Of a stretch of 64,000 nucleotides of DNA, positions 10,214 through 20,927 are shown one piece after another. The notes under the pieces are model-generated. The model ran no database searches. It worked only from the letters and a program-made list of their open reading frames with translations, and was not told where the DNA came from. The translations under genes were made by a program, and so were the position numbers. The DNA comes from an uncultured Verrucomicrobiae bacterium (GTDB taxonomy: Bacteria > Verrucomicrobiota > Verrucomicrobiia > Limisphaerales > Palsa-1400). Every line of letters starts with the position of its first letter. The stretch's first letter is position 1. The stretch is from positions 1,536,001 through 1,600,000 of the forward strand of contig CAVXRD010000002.1 in the NCBI GenBank assembly GCA_963764165.1, written 5' to 3'.

Positions 10214-11194
10214 TTACGCCTTCTTCGCTTTGATCTGGCTTTCGATCCAGTTGTAGGTCTTTTCCAAGCCGACGCGCAATTTAACATTTGGCTCCCAACC
10301 GAGCAGTTTCTTGATCAGCGTGTTGTCGGAATTGCGGCCATTGACTCCTTTCGGAGCTTTCAAATTGTAAGAGCGCTTGAGCTTGATGCCTGCGATGTCT
10401 TCCGCGATGTCCACCAATTGATTGATCGACACCATCTCGCTGCTGCCGAGGTTGATTGGCTCAATGATCTCGCTGGCGGTGATGGCCTGGATGCCGTGCA
10501 GGCAATCGTCGATATACATGAAGCTGCGGGTCTGATGGCCGTCACCCCAAATTTCGATTTCGTGTTTTCCAGACAGCTTGGCCTCGATCACCTTGCGGCA
10601 AATGGCGGCGGGAGCCTTTTCGCGTCCGCCGTCGTAGGTGCCGAACGGCCCGTAGACGTTGTGGAAACGGGCCACGCGCGTGATCATCCCGAAATCTTCG
10701 CGGAAATGGCGGCACATGCGTTCGCTGAAAAGTTTTTCCCAGCCATAGCCGTCTTCGGGCAGCGCGGGATACGCGTCGGATTCCTTGAGGGCGGTGAGGT
10801 TTGGATCAGTCTGTTTCTCGCCGTTGTAAACGCAGGCGGAGGAAGCGTAAAAGAAGCGGTCAACGCCAACCGGCTTGGCAGCCATCAGCAGGTGCGTGTT
10901 GATCAGCACCGAAAGCATGCAAAGCGCGCGGTTGTTCTCGATGAAACCCATGCCACCCATGTCAGCGGCGAGATTGTAAATCGTCTTTGCGCCTTTGACG
11001 GCCTGTTCGCAGGCTTCGATCTTCTGGAGGTCCAGCACCAGGTTTTCGACGTCTGGAAAAACCTGGTACCAATCGCCGACGGGCTTGATGTCCACCGAAC
11101 AAAGATTGGTGAATCCCTGGCGCCTAAGATCAGCAATCAAATGGCCGCCAATGAAGCCGCCACCCCCGCAGACAACGATACGATCAGATTTCAT
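10214..11194 (-). CDS. NAD-dependent sugar epimerase (GDP-mannose 3,5-epimerase-like)
   Basis: GGGGFIG, LAADMGGMGFI, YGWEK, GGREKAPAA. Confidence 0.9.
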   Translation of the reverse strand: MKSDRIVVCGGGGFIGGHLIADLRRQGFTNLCSVDIKPVGDWYQVFPDVENLVLDLQKIEACEQAVKGAKTIYNLAADMGGMGFIENNRALCMLSVLINTHLLMAAKPVGVDRFFYASSACVYNGEKQTDPNLTALKESDAYPALPEDGYGWEKLFSERMCRHFREDFGMITRVARFHNVYGPFGTYDGGREKAPAAICRKVIEAKLSGKHEIEIWGDGHQTRSFMYIDDCLHGIQAITASEIIEPINLGSSEMVSINQLVDIAEDIAGIKLKRSYNLKAPKGVNGRNSDNTLIKKLLGWEPNVKLRVGLEKTYNWIESQIKAKKA

Positions 11195-11245
11195 ATAATA
11201 GAGGGATGACTCTATCTCACAGACAACGAAAATCAATACGATTCG

Positions 11246-12019
11246 TCACTTTTTTAAAGGGAACTTGCCTAATCCTGTGACCTGGCAAAAGACGCGGGCG
11301 ACGAACAGCGGGTTGTTCTTGAGATAGCGTTTCCACAACCGGCGGGGCTCGCAGGAAAGCCGGAAGAGCCATTCCAAGCCAGAACGCTGCATCCACCTCG
11401 GCGCCTGCCGGACACGGCCCGCGTGAAAATCAAAAGCCGCACCCACCCCGAACATCAGCGTGACATCCAGACGCTCGAGGTTTTGGGACATGAATCTCTC
11501 CTGCTTCGGCGTGCTCAGGCCAATCCACATGATGTCGGCCCGCGCGGCGCGCACTTGCTCCTCCAATTGCCGCTGCTCGTCCGGGTAGAGCGGCCGGAAC
11601 GGAGGCTCGTAGATCCCCACCAGTTGCAATTTCGGAAAACGCTGCACGAGTCTGGTTTCCAAATCCTTCGCCGTGCCGTTGGCTCCTCCGTAGAAGAAAT
11701 GCCGCCAGCCGCGCTTTTCCGATTCCTCCATGACTGCGAGCATCAAGTCCGGGCCGTAGACGCGATCCATGGATTTCTTCCCTTGCAGCCGGCCCATCCA
11801 TACGAGCGGCATGCCGTCCGGCGTGCAGAGGAACGCGCGGTTGAGAATCTGGCGGAATTCCGCGTCGGTCTGGGCTTCCGAAACACCGTGAACGCCCGTG
11901 ACGCAGATGTAGCCTTTTCTGCGGGCGGAAATTGCCTCGGCAATTTGCTGAATGGCCAGGTCCATGTTCAAGGGACTGACCGCAACGCCCAGGACATTGA
12001 CAGAATTGGAATCTACCAT
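11246..12019 (-). CDS. WecB/TagA/CpsF-family glycosyltransferase
   Basis: PDGMP, RVYGPDL, GLSTPKQE, GVGAAFDF, GLEWLFRL. Confidence 0.92.
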   Translation of the reverse strand: MVDSNSVNVLGVAVSPLNMDLAIQQIAEAISARRKGYICVTGVHGVSEAQTDAEFRQILNRAFLCTPDGMPLVWMGRLQGKKSMDRVYGPDLMLAVMEESEKRGWRHFFYGGANGTAKDLETRLVQRFPKLQLVGIYEPPFRPLYPDEQRQLEEQVRAARADIMWIGLSTPKQERFMSQNLERLDVTLMFGVGAAFDFHAGRVRQAPRWMQRSGLEWLFRLSCEPRRLWKRYLKNNPLFVARVFCQVTGLGKFPLKK

Positions 12020-12397
12020 GTGAATGAAAAGACCGTGGACACTTCGGCTTACGCCGATGACCGGCGATTCGAGGCAAGCCCCGTCCGCTTAAATCGGATG
12101 TTCGGAAACCGCAGGGGCAATTGCAAGTAAAATGGCGGGAGTAAAATGGTGGCGAGGTGTGAGACCAATTCTTCATGCGGCATTGCCACGAAGCGCCGGA
12201 GGCGCGGCACTGGTGGCCTTCACTCGCGCGCGGGAGGCGCCGCTCCCGACGGAGCTTAAGCATGTTTTCGGATCGTTTCTACAAAGGTTCCGCGCCTGCG
12301 GCGCTTCGGCAGTCGCGAGATTTTCCCGAGCCTTGGCAGTTCTTCCCGCATAGGATCGATTTCCAGATGCCAAGCCGGGGCGCATGTGCCGCAATTC

Positions 12398-12820
12398 CTA
12401 TTTCGCCCGCACCAGGAAAAGCGGAATCTTGGATTTGTGCCGGACCACATGGATGGTGCTGCCGAGAACCAAATCCGCGACGAAACGGTGCCCGTGCATG
12501 GCCATGGCAATCAGGTCACAATGCTCGCGGGCGGAAGTTTTCAGAATTTCCGCCGCCGGGTCTCCCAAGCCCAAATGGACCGAAACTTTCGCCCCGGATT
12601 CGCGCAGTTCCGCCGCCATTTTTTCGAGATAGGAGCGGTCTTTTTTCATTTCCTCGGATTCCACAAGGTTGAGGCGGTCATAATTGCGGGCGGCCCAGCC
12701 GTCGGCCACATGCATCAGGAGCAATTCTGATTTGAAACGCCGGGCAAACTCGGTGATGTGGGGAATAAGGGCATGATCCGCACGGCTGTTGTCCAAAGCG
12801 ACGAGTATCTTCTTATACAT
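12398..12820 (-). CDS. Universal stress protein
   Basis: YKKILVALD, GDPAAEI, DLIAMAMHG...LGS. Confidence 0.9.
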   Translation of the reverse strand: MYKKILVALDNSRADHALIPHITEFARRFKSELLLMHVADGWAARNYDRLNLVESEEMKKDRSYLEKMAAELRESGAKVSVHLGLGDPAAEILKTSAREHCDLIAMAMHGHRFVADLVLGSTIHVVRHKSKIPLFLVRAK

Positions 12821-12915
12821 GACGGTGCCTGAGCCTACCGCTGCCGGCCCGCGGGCTAAAGTTCAAAGTTTGGCGATTTGACCGATGCCGACCTTCAATT
12901 TAGCTTAACGCGCAT

Positions 12916-13635
12916 ATGGCTTGTCGAATGTTTGGCTATGCAGGAAACAGTGAGGCGGATTTGGTCTCGCTCTACGCCGGTCTTAAGCGCGCGTGCGAAA
13001 ATGATCCGGCGCTGCCGGAAATTGCGCCCGGCTGTTCGCGCCACTGTCACGGATGGGGCTACGTCATTCACGCCAGCAACGGACTTTTCCATTACCGCAC
13101 CAAGACGTCGATTTACGAAGACGACGCGGCGCTGCCCACGTTGGAAGGCGATATTCGCGCGATTTTCCACGGGCGTTTCGCCGGCGATCCAACTTTGGAG
13201 GGGCACATTTTTTCGCATCCATACGTGGCCACGACCGATCGCGAAGTGATTTTTCTCGCGCACAATGGCGGCGTCAAACCAGACCAAACGCTGGATCGCA
13301 AGGTGGATACCGAATGGGCCTTGGAGCAGGTGATCCAGGCGGGCGGATTGGAGAAGGCGCTGCCGAAATTGAAAGAGGCCACCGCATCCGCATTGAATTT
13401 GCTCGTTTTGACAATTGATCGCAGCGCCGGGACGCCCTCGAAGATTCATTGCCTGAACTACTTCAAATCGCCGGAAAAAAAAGAGAGGCTCGAATATTAC
13501 GAAATGCTTCTGGCGGCCATGCCGGGAGGCGTCGCGTACGTATCCTCCACGTTTAAGCATTACGCAGAGAAAGTGCATGGCATTGCAATCACCGGGCCGG
13601 CCACTTTCGGCGAACTTTTCACGCTGGAGCCGTGA
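12916..13635 (+). CDS. Class II glutamine amidotransferase-like protein
   Basis: N-terminal CRMFG, HCHGWG, HP, FLAHNG. Confidence 0.7.
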   Translation: MACRMFGYAGNSEADLVSLYAGLKRACENDPALPEIAPGCSRHCHGWGYVIHASNGLFHYRTKTSIYEDDAALPTLEGDIRAIFHGRFAGDPTLEGHIFSHPYVATTDREVIFLAHNGGVKPDQTLDRKVDTEWALEQVIQAGGLEKALPKLKEATASALNLLVLTIDRSAGTPSKIHCLNYFKSPEKKERLEYYEMLLAAMPGGVAYVSSTFKHYAEKVHGIAITGPATFGELFTLEP

Positions 13636-14780
13636 GCGATAAAAATTCTGCGGAGGCGGCGCATCAATCGGAACGCCGGGGAATGCTGTCGTTCATATTG
13701 ACCGTCTGCGGCGTTTTCTTTTCGGGCACCTGGTTTTCCGTTTGGACGTGGGAGCGCTTCTGTGGCTTCACTGGGCCGAAAGCCTGGCTGGCGATTCCGT
13801 ATATTCTGTCGGGAATATTTATTGGCGCCGTCGTCGCCGGGTTGCGCCACTCCAGCTTGCTGCACCGGTGGAGTTATCGCGTTGCCGCCGTCTGGCTCGG
13901 ATTCTTGAATTTCTTTTTGTTCGCGGCTTTTGGGTGCTGGATTGCACTGGGAATCTCGAAGCTCGCCGGGCTCGGCTGGGCGGAACACAACATTGCCGCC
14001 GCTCTTTACGGAGCCGCTGTGGTGGCGGGGATGGCGGGGCTCGCCAACGCGTCGTGGCTTCGCGTGACGCGCCGCACTGCATTGTTGACAAATCTTCCGG
14101 CGGCGTGGCATGGGCGGGACGTTTTGCTGATGACGGATTTGCATTTGGGAAACATGCGCCGCGCCGCCTTTGCGCGAAAGATCGTCAACACGGCCAATTC
14201 GCTAAAACCCCACGCCGTGTTTATTTGCGGTGATTTATTCGACGGGCCGAAAGCCGATTTTGCGGGGCTCGTTGCGCCCGTGCGCGATTTGGCCGCGCCA
14301 GCGGGAATTTTCTACGTCACCGGCAATCACGAGGAATTCAGCGACCGGAACAAATATATTTCAGCCGTTCGGCAAGCCGGGGTTCGCGTGCTGCACAATG
14401 AAAAAGTGACGGTGGAAGGCTTGCAAATCGTCGGCGTCCACGATGGCGAAACGACCGACCCTGAGTATTACAAAGAAATCCTGCGCGGCATCGCGGTGGA
14501 TCGAAAATCGCCGAGCATTTTGCTGGCGCACCGGCCGTCGAATCTTTCGGTGCCGGAGGAGGCGGGAGTCTCGCTGCAAATTTCCGGGCACACGCATAAG
14601 GGCCAGTTCTGGCCGTGGTGCTGGGTGATTTTTTGGGTGCATGGGCCGTTCGCCTACGGGCTGAACATGAAAGGCAATATGGCCGTCATCACCAGCAGCG
14701 GCGCAGGGACGTGGGGGCCGCCCATGCGGTTGGGGACCAGATCTGAAATTGTCCTAATTCGCCTGGAGAAGGCGAATTAG
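13632..14780 (+). CDS. Membrane-anchored metallophosphoesterase
   Basis: TM N-terminus; DLHLG, GDLFD, GNHE, LLAH, SGHTH. Confidence 0.9.
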   Translation: MSDKNSAEAAHQSERRGMLSFILTVCGVFFSGTWFSVWTWERFCGFTGPKAWLAIPYILSGIFIGAVVAGLRHSSLLHRWSYRVAAVWLGFLNFFLFAAFGCWIALGISKLAGLGWAEHNIAAALYGAAVVAGMAGLANASWLRVTRRTALLTNLPAAWHGRDVLLMTDLHLGNMRRAAFARKIVNTANSLKPHAVFICGDLFDGPKADFAGLVAPVRDLAAPAGIFYVTGNHEEFSDRNKYISAVRQAGVRVLHNEKVTVEGLQIVGVHDGETTDPEYYKEILRGIAVDRKSPSILLAHRPSNLSVPEEAGVSLQISGHTHKGQFWPWCWVIFWVHGPFAYGLNMKGNMAVITSSGAGTWGPPMRLGTRSEIVLIRLEKAN

Positions 14781-14796
14781 CCGCAACGACCGCGAA

Positions 14797-15030
14797 CTAT
14801 TCGCCGTTATCGCCGATGGCTTCGACAGGGCAGCCTTCCTTGGCTTCTTTGCATTGCGCTTCTTCGTCAGGGGAACCCGGCTGCTGTTTGACGTAGGAAT
14901 ATCCACCGTCCTCGTTGCGGGTGAAATTGTTGGGGGCAGTCTCGCGACAGAGGTCGCAGTCGATGCACTGGTTGTCCACGTAGTATTTGCCCGTGACGTT
15001 GTCGGGATATTTGTTTGCAATGTCGGCCAT
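14797..15030 (-). CDS. Ferredoxin
   Basis: CIDCDLC and CPVEAI. Confidence 0.9.
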   Translation of the reverse strand: MADIANKYPDNVTGKYYVDNQCIDCDLCRETAPNNFTRNEDGGYSYVKQQPGSPDEEAQCKEAKEGCPVEAIGDNGE

Positions 15031-15189
15031 AAGCTTTTGTTGACCCGAATCTAAAGTAACCCCCCGGCCAAAACAAGTGGGATTTGCGCCGCCCAACACC
15101 AGTTGAATTTTGCCAAAAAAGGCCCAAACTACAGTTGTATTGACGTCCGCCGGACTTAATTCCGCCGGACTTTCGAAAATTGAATTTTT

Positions 15190-16113
15190 ATGAAATTTGT
15201 GCAGGTCGCAAGACGGGTCTCCCTCTTTTTGGTTGTCAACCTCTTGGTGATGCTGACCATCGGGATCATCGTCAATCTCGTGTTCCGCGGGTACGTGAGG
15301 CGGATTGGGGGCTCGCAGAATTTATTCTTTATTTGTTTTGCCTGGGGCATGGGCGGAGCGTTCTTCTCTCTGGCCATTTCCCGGTGGGCGGCGAAGGTGA
15401 CGAAAGGCGTCCGCGTTATCGATCCGAATACCACCGATCCTGATCTGAGCCGGTTGGTGAGAACGGTGCATCAATTGGCCAGAACGGCCGGGCTCTCCAC
15501 CATGCCGGAAGTGGGCGTTTACGATTCACCGGAAGTCAACGCCTTTGCGACCGGGCCGAGCCGTTCACGCTCTTTGGTGGCGGTGTCGGCCGGATTGCTG
15601 GGGCGGATGCGCCAATACGATGTGGAAGGCGTGCTCGGCCACGAGATCGCGCACATTGCCAACGGCGACATGGTCACGATGACGCTGATTCAAGGCGTGG
15701 TGAACTCGTTTGCGTTTTTCCTCTCGTGGATTCTTGCAATGGCGCTCACGCGCAATTCGGATCGCGACGAGGACCGCGGCGGCAATTGGTATATGGAGTG
15801 GATGCTTCGCGATTTGTTCAATATGGTTTTCATGGTTCTCGGTTCGATTGTGGTCATGTGGTTTTCGCGCTGGCGCGAATTTCGGGCGGACGCGGGCGGG
15901 GCGCGATACGCGGGCCGCGACCACATGATTTCGGCGTTGCGAACATTGGAGCAAGTTCATGAAGCTGGGGCGGATTCTTACGGCCCACAGCAACAGCCGG
16001 CGTTTCAGGCGCTGAAGATTTCGGGCAAGAGCGGGGGATTTGCGGCGTTATTCGCGTCGCATCCTCCCTTGGAAGAACGGATCGCCCGCCTCGAGAGCTT
16101 GCGGGGTGTTTAA
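15190..16113 (+). CDS. htpX: Zn-dependent membrane protease HtpX
   Basis: NAFATG, HEIAH, SRWREFRAD, SHPPLEERI. Confidence 0.93.
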   Translation: MKFVQVARRVSLFLVVNLLVMLTIGIIVNLVFRGYVRRIGGSQNLFFICFAWGMGGAFFSLAISRWAAKVTKGVRVIDPNTTDPDLSRLVRTVHQLARTAGLSTMPEVGVYDSPEVNAFATGPSRSRSLVAVSAGLLGRMRQYDVEGVLGHEIAHIANGDMVTMTLIQGVVNSFAFFLSWILAMALTRNSDRDEDRGGNWYMEWMLRDLFNMVFMVLGSIVVMWFSRWREFRADAGGARYAGRDHMISALRTLEQVHEAGADSYGPQQQPAFQALKISGKSGGFAALFASHPPLEERIARLESLRGV

Positions 16114-16121
16114 CAAACTTC

Positions 16122-17150
16122 TTATTGAACGGGAACCTGCCTGAGCCAAAGATCGCTGTGGAGCATTCCCCAGTCGAACGTCTGGCGCTGGCCGAGCGTA
16201 AATCCACATTTTGCCAGCAACGCGTCCGGCGGCGTTAATTGCGATGCGGGCAGCGTGGTCGCCCAGCGAAAAAATACATACATGATTTCCATCACCGCTC
16301 GCGCCCGCCACCGCGCCAGTCCCGCTTCCGGTTCGCGAAAGTCTGACAGCAGCCAGCACGCTTTCGGAGCGGCGGCGGCGGATAATTTCGGCAGCAGCCG
16401 CTCGAGTTGCTCGGGGCGGAAGCAATCGAGGAAGAAATGCGTCGCGATCAAATCATATTCGCCGGGTGGCGGCGTCCATTCCATCGCGTCGGCATGAATA
16501 AAAGTGGCGCGTGATTCTTCCACACCGTTTTGGCGCAACCGCGCCCGCGCCGCTTCGAGCATCCCAACGCTGGAATCAACACAGGTGCAATGAGCGCCCG
16601 GGTGCGCCTTCAGCAATTCCGCGACAAACCCGCCATGCCCCTGGCCAACAATAAGAGCGCGGCGCGGCGACGGAATGGATTGCAAAAAAGCCGCACGGCA
16701 TCGGCGCAATTTTTGCCCGGCCAGCACATCTTCCATCCACCCGTAATGGGGCGCGAGCGGGTCAAAATTGGCACGATGATCGTCGGTCGCACTGTAGCAC
16801 AACCGCCAGCCGAGATACGCCGCCGCGCCACCGCACGCGTAAGCGACGGCGTCCCACGGATCGCCCGTCGTGGGCATGATTTTCGGGCCGATGACCTCGA
16901 ACAAAATCGACCATCCGATGACGTGCCCGACGACCTCGCTCGCTGTGGGTGGACGGTCGTGAGTTCGCAATTTCAGCCATCGATGCGCGAAAAGAAGTGG
17001 CGGCAGTGCGCATGGGATGAGCAAGGTGTCGTTAAACCAATTGTGGAAAAACGCGATGTGCGTGTGCGGCTTGATCAGCCAGCGATTCAACGCATAAAGC
17101 GCGCACGAAAGTAGAAAAATGGGATCGAAAACGTAGCCGAACCGCTTCAC
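16122..17150 (-). CDS. Membrane domain fused to a class I SAM-dependent methyltransferase
   Basis: About four N-terminal TM segments; LIVGQGHG, VDSS, YDLIATHFFLDCF. Confidence 0.7.
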   Translation of the reverse strand: MKRFGYVFDPIFLLSCALYALNRWLIKPHTHIAFFHNWFNDTLLIPCALPPLLFAHRWLKLRTHDRPPTASEVVGHVIGWSILFEVIGPKIMPTTGDPWDAVAYACGGAAAYLGWRLCYSATDDHRANFDPLAPHYGWMEDVLAGQKLRRCRAAFLQSIPSPRRALIVGQGHGGFVAELLKAHPGAHCTCVDSSVGMLEAARARLRQNGVEESRATFIHADAMEWTPPPGEYDLIATHFFLDCFRPEQLERLLPKLSAAAAPKACWLLSDFREPEAGLARWRARAVMEIMYVFFRWATTLPASQLTPPDALLAKCGFTLGQRQTFDWGMLHSDLWLRQVPVQ

Positions 17151-17673
17151 AGCAAAGCGAGGATAATCAGGCCGAAGCCAAATCCCAAAAGCAGCTTCAT
17201 GGCAAAGACTTTTGTAAGTATCACACTGAAGAAAGTAGCGAGTCGCGCCAGCGTTGTCCAGCGCGCAGGCACGCCGCCGAGCCCGCGGCGTGCAATTAAA
17301 GGCGGTGATTCTCGCCTGCATTTAGGTGCGGCTGTGTCGAAGGCCAGCGGCAGCAAGACACAAACAGCCGAAAACGATTTTCTTGCGGCCATTGCGAAAG
17401 ACAGGTCAACGCGCCAATGGTTTCGAAGCGGCTGCGGCGGGTCTCCAACACAGCCGCGCTTGCGAATTCGGCGGCAATCTCAATGGCGTCTCACCCGCCT
17501 TTAATCACCCCAAACCACCGCATGATTGCTTCGCGACAAAATTTGAACAGAAGACCGAGGGCGCGGAGAGGAAAATTGCCACGTGACAGCGGAGATGGAA
17601 ATGACAAATGGAGCCCCGTGAATCCCGCAGAAAAAGATTGAATGCGACGCCCGATCTCGGCAGGATTCTTGCG

Positions 17674-18096
17674 ATGTCAAAACAAGGTTTAGGCCGGGGA
17701 TTAGGCAGTCTCATGGGCCCGCCACTGAACGAGGAAAAAGGCCAAGCGCCCGTCAGTTTGGGAGTGCGCACGCTGATGCGCGAGACAAAGCTGGAAGTTG
17801 CGCCGCCAGAACCCGAGCCAAAGCCCTCCCACCTGCCCGCCCCTCCTTTGCCTCAGGCTCCCGTGCGCGCGCCCGCAACCGCGCCCGTGCCCGCGTCGGC
17901 GGTCGAACCGGCGGCGAGCGTGCCGCAGTGGTATCTTTTGGCGGGAGACCTCTTGCTGGTGGCGATGGCCATAGTGACAATAAGCTTGAGCCCGCGTCCG
18001 ATTTCTTGGCAGCGCGCCGTTTTTTGCGGCACTTTGGTCTTTGTCGCCGCCATTCTTGCCATCGTAGCGTTCCTTTTTCCAGCGCGGAAAAAGTGA
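17674..18096 (+). CDS. Small membrane protein with a ParB-like N-terminal peptide
   Basis: MSKQGLGRGLGSLM, Pro-rich linker, two TM helices. Confidence 0.65.
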   Translation: MSKQGLGRGLGSLMGPPLNEEKGQAPVSLGVRTLMRETKLEVAPPEPEPKPSHLPAPPLPQAPVRAPATAPVPASAVEPAASVPQWYLLAGDLLLVAMAIVTISLSPRPISWQRAVFCGTLVFVAAILAIVAFLFPARKK

Positions 18097-18354
18097 AATT
18101 CTTCACTGTTTTCAGCGAGGCGTCCCACCTTGAACAGATGTTTCATTGTTCCTCCGACGATTTCTGCGGAACAGCCGTCCCAAATGCGATTCCCTTCGGC
18201 TAGGATACTGGGGCGTTCTCCGCGCTCTATTTCGCGATTGTAACGCACATCGGCCCAATTTCTTCCACAAACGGCAGGGGTGAATTCCCAAGCCCTCCAA
18301 TCCGAAACTGCGCAACGTGATTTCACTTCATATAAATAAAACACATAATGCCTA

Positions 18355-18382
18355 TTGACATAATAGAGTATATTGTTAAGGT
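18355..18382 (+). promoter_or_regulatory. Putative sigma70 promoter of the porin gene
   Basis: TTGACA followed after 16 bp by TAAGGT in an AT-rich intergenic region. Confidence 0.35.
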
Positions 18383-18432
18383 TGGTCCAGTTATCGCAAC
18401 AAACAGAACTAAAATAACGGAAGCCTAAAAAT

Positions 18433-19896
18433 ATGAAGAGATGTGTTCCCAATCATAGTCTCCCTCGTTTTCTCGCCACCACGCTCGTTCTTTTCGCCTT
18501 TATGTTGAGCGTCCGGGCCGCTGACAACCCGCCAACGACAGAGGAACTGCTCCAACGCATCAACGCTCTTGAACAGGAACTCAAGGACTTGAAGTCACAA
18601 GTGAGCCAGCAAAAGCAGCCAACGCAGCCTGCGTCCGTCGCCTCAGGCTCGGTTGCAGTGGCCGCTTCGACGAACGAAACTGTCGCGCCAGCAGCGACTG
18701 TCTCCTTTTCAGCCAGTCCGGAAGGGTTTGTTTTCAATTCGGGCGACAGCAACTTCGTCATCGGGTTCCACGGATTGGTGCAGGCGGACAGCCGGACATT
18801 TTTTAAGGACGACCAGGCGAAAGGGAATGACACATTCCTGCTGCGACGGGCGCGCCCAATCGTGTCCGGCACCATTTACCACGACTTTGATTTCTTATTG
18901 ACGCCCGAGTTTGGCGGCAACACCGTGCAAATCCTCGATGCGCAAGTCAACTACAGGTATAATCAGGCGTTGCAATTGCAAATCGGCAAAATGAAGCCGC
19001 CGGTAGGGCTGGAAGCATTGCAGCCGGAAGAATGGACGTTCCTTAATGAGCGCTCCATCGCGACCGACTTGGTGCCGTATCGCGATCTCGGCGCAGAACT
19101 GCACGGAAACTTATTTGGCGGCATCGTCAGTTACGCTGCGGGCGTCTTCAACGGCTCGCCGGACTACCTGACCACCACCACCAACAACGACATCGATAAC
19201 AACAAGAGCCTTGACGCTCGCCTCTTCTTTCAACCTTTCCTGCGCACCTCACACTCGTACCTTCAGGGCCTCGGCGTCGGCGTGGCGGGCACCTACCAAT
19301 TGGACGCCGGCAGCACGAACAGCCCCAACGGAACCGGATTGACCCAAGGTTACGTCACCGACGGCCAGCAGAAATTTTTCACCTATTCGAACAGCGCCGC
19401 CAGCACAGGCATTCACACGCGGCTGACGCCGCAGGCATATTACTATTGGGGCCCGTTTGGTTTGTTGGGCGAATACGTGTTCAACAACGATCACGTCAGC
19501 AACTTCGCGAAAAAAACAACTTCGGCAAACCTTGAGAACACCGGCTGGGAAGTTTCCGCCGGCTACGTGCTGACGGGCGAGAAGGATTCGTATTATGGAG
19601 TAACGCCCGGCCAGCCGTTTTCGCCGCTCAACGGCCGCTGGGGCGCCGTGCAATTGGTGGGGCGCCTGGAGCAGGTCAATATCGACAAAAAAGCCTTCGC
19701 CGGCTACGCCGACCCGACGACATCAGCCCATGAAGCGGAGGCTTGGGCGGTCGGATTGAACTGGTATTTGACCCGCAACGTGCGCGTCAACACGAGTTTC
19801 TCGCGGACGACCTTTGAAGGCGGCAGCGGCCCCAAAGCAACCGTCACCAAGCAGCCTGAAGAAGTCCTCTTTACGCGCTTGCAGTTGGTGTTTTAG
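18433..19896 (+). CDS. OprO/OprP-family porin
   Basis: Signal peptide, coiled coil, FLLRRARP, GLNWYL, terminal Phe. Confidence 0.85.
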   Translation: MKRCVPNHSLPRFLATTLVLFAFMLSVRAADNPPTTEELLQRINALEQELKDLKSQVSQQKQPTQPASVASGSVAVAASTNETVAPAATVSFSASPEGFVFNSGDSNFVIGFHGLVQADSRTFFKDDQAKGNDTFLLRRARPIVSGTIYHDFDFLLTPEFGGNTVQILDAQVNYRYNQALQLQIGKMKPPVGLEALQPEEWTFLNERSIATDLVPYRDLGAELHGNLFGGIVSYAAGVFNGSPDYLTTTTNNDIDNNKSLDARLFFQPFLRTSHSYLQGLGVGVAGTYQLDAGSTNSPNGTGLTQGYVTDGQQKFFTYSNSAASTGIHTRLTPQAYYYWGPFGLLGEYVFNNDHVSNFAKKTTSANLENTGWEVSAGYVLTGEKDSYYGVTPGQPFSPLNGRWGAVQLVGRLEQVNIDKKAFAGYADPTTSAHEAEAWAVGLNWYLTRNVRVNTSFSRTTFEGGSGPKATVTKQPEEVLFTRLQLVF

Positions 19897-19926
19897 GCGG
19901 TCGCGGGGTCCAATCCGAACGAGCCG

Positions 19927-20691
19927 TTGGAAAGGCCTGGGATTTCTCCCGGGGGGCCGGGCCGCATCGCTGTTGGTAACAAGGACGTTCGTTGGGCAGC
20001 ACTGCTCGTCTGGGCAGGCGCGGACCCATTCCGCGTGGCCCCAGACAACCTTGAAGAGTTCTTCCCATTCGAAGCAGAAGAATGCGGGTGGTCAACCGCA
20101 GCTGCGGATGCAGCTTGGGGGCGTGACCCGAAGCTCTTGAAAGTTTTGCATCTCAACCCGACGGCTGAGCAAGCCGTTGCCCTGCTTGATGCGACCAGCT
20201 ACAACCATAACGTCGAACTGTTCAGACAATTGCTTCAGGTCATCCCACGCGAAAAGCTCAATCACAGCAAACGCGATTCGTGCGTCGCACTTGAGCGCTT
20301 GGTCGGCAGCCGGCCGGCTGAAAATATTTTCACTCGAATTCCAAACGAACAGGCGAACGTGGAAAAACTCCAGAGCATTGAACTGTTGCTCGATGCGGGC
20401 GCGCGCTGGAACCCGCCAGAAGAGGAGTTAAAAAGCGATCGACGATCCCTACTGAAACATGACGGGAAGCACATCGTGCAAGTGATCAGGCTGCTCCTCT
20501 ATACGCCAAAGGCAGCGGACGCCTCGCGAGTGCTGGAACTCTGTCGTTCGCAATCAGTGATTGGAAAGATCGCGTTAGTGGATGCCGCACTCGTGACGGA
20601 GCTGAAGCAATTACAGAGGCAAAACCGCGTCAATACCGGGATCCATAAAAACCCGGATACGGTGATTGGTGCTCAGGCGCCGGATGCCTGA
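19927..20691 (+). CDS. Hypothetical protein, probably a 5'-truncated remnant
   Basis: Long ORF with ankyrin-like snippets (LLVWAGADP, LLLDAGARW); no clear start. Confidence 0.45.
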   Translation: MERPGISPGGPGRIAVGNKDVRWAALLVWAGADPFRVAPDNLEEFFPFEAEECGWSTAAADAAWGRDPKLLKVLHLNPTAEQAVALLDATSYNHNVELFRQLLQVIPREKLNHSKRDSCVALERLVGSRPAENIFTRIPNEQANVEKLQSIELLLDAGARWNPPEEELKSDRRSLLKHDGKHIVQVIRLLLYTPKAADASRVLELCRSQSVIGKIALVDAALVTELKQLQRQNRVNTGIHKNPDTVIGAQAPDA

Positions 20692-20927
20692 ATTCGTGTG
20701 GCTTTAATGTCGTAACTTTCGGATACGGACCGCCAACTGGGATTTTTTCGGGATCCAAATTACGAACCGAGTTTGGATCCGGATAATTTTCGGACCAAGG
20801 CGCGAGTCTCTTCGCCTCAGATCGAGCCCAAGCAAGCCACTCCAATTGTTCCGGCGACGGACCGACCGCCGCACCACCGCGCCAATGTTTCTCCACCACA
20901 TCGACAAAAGCGAGAACGCGTTCGCTG
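20630..20927 (-). pseudogene. C-terminal gene fragment joined to the truncated TROVE gene
   Basis: Protein-like WLAWARSEAKRL...YPDP segment directly after the TROVE breakpoint. Confidence 0.35.
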
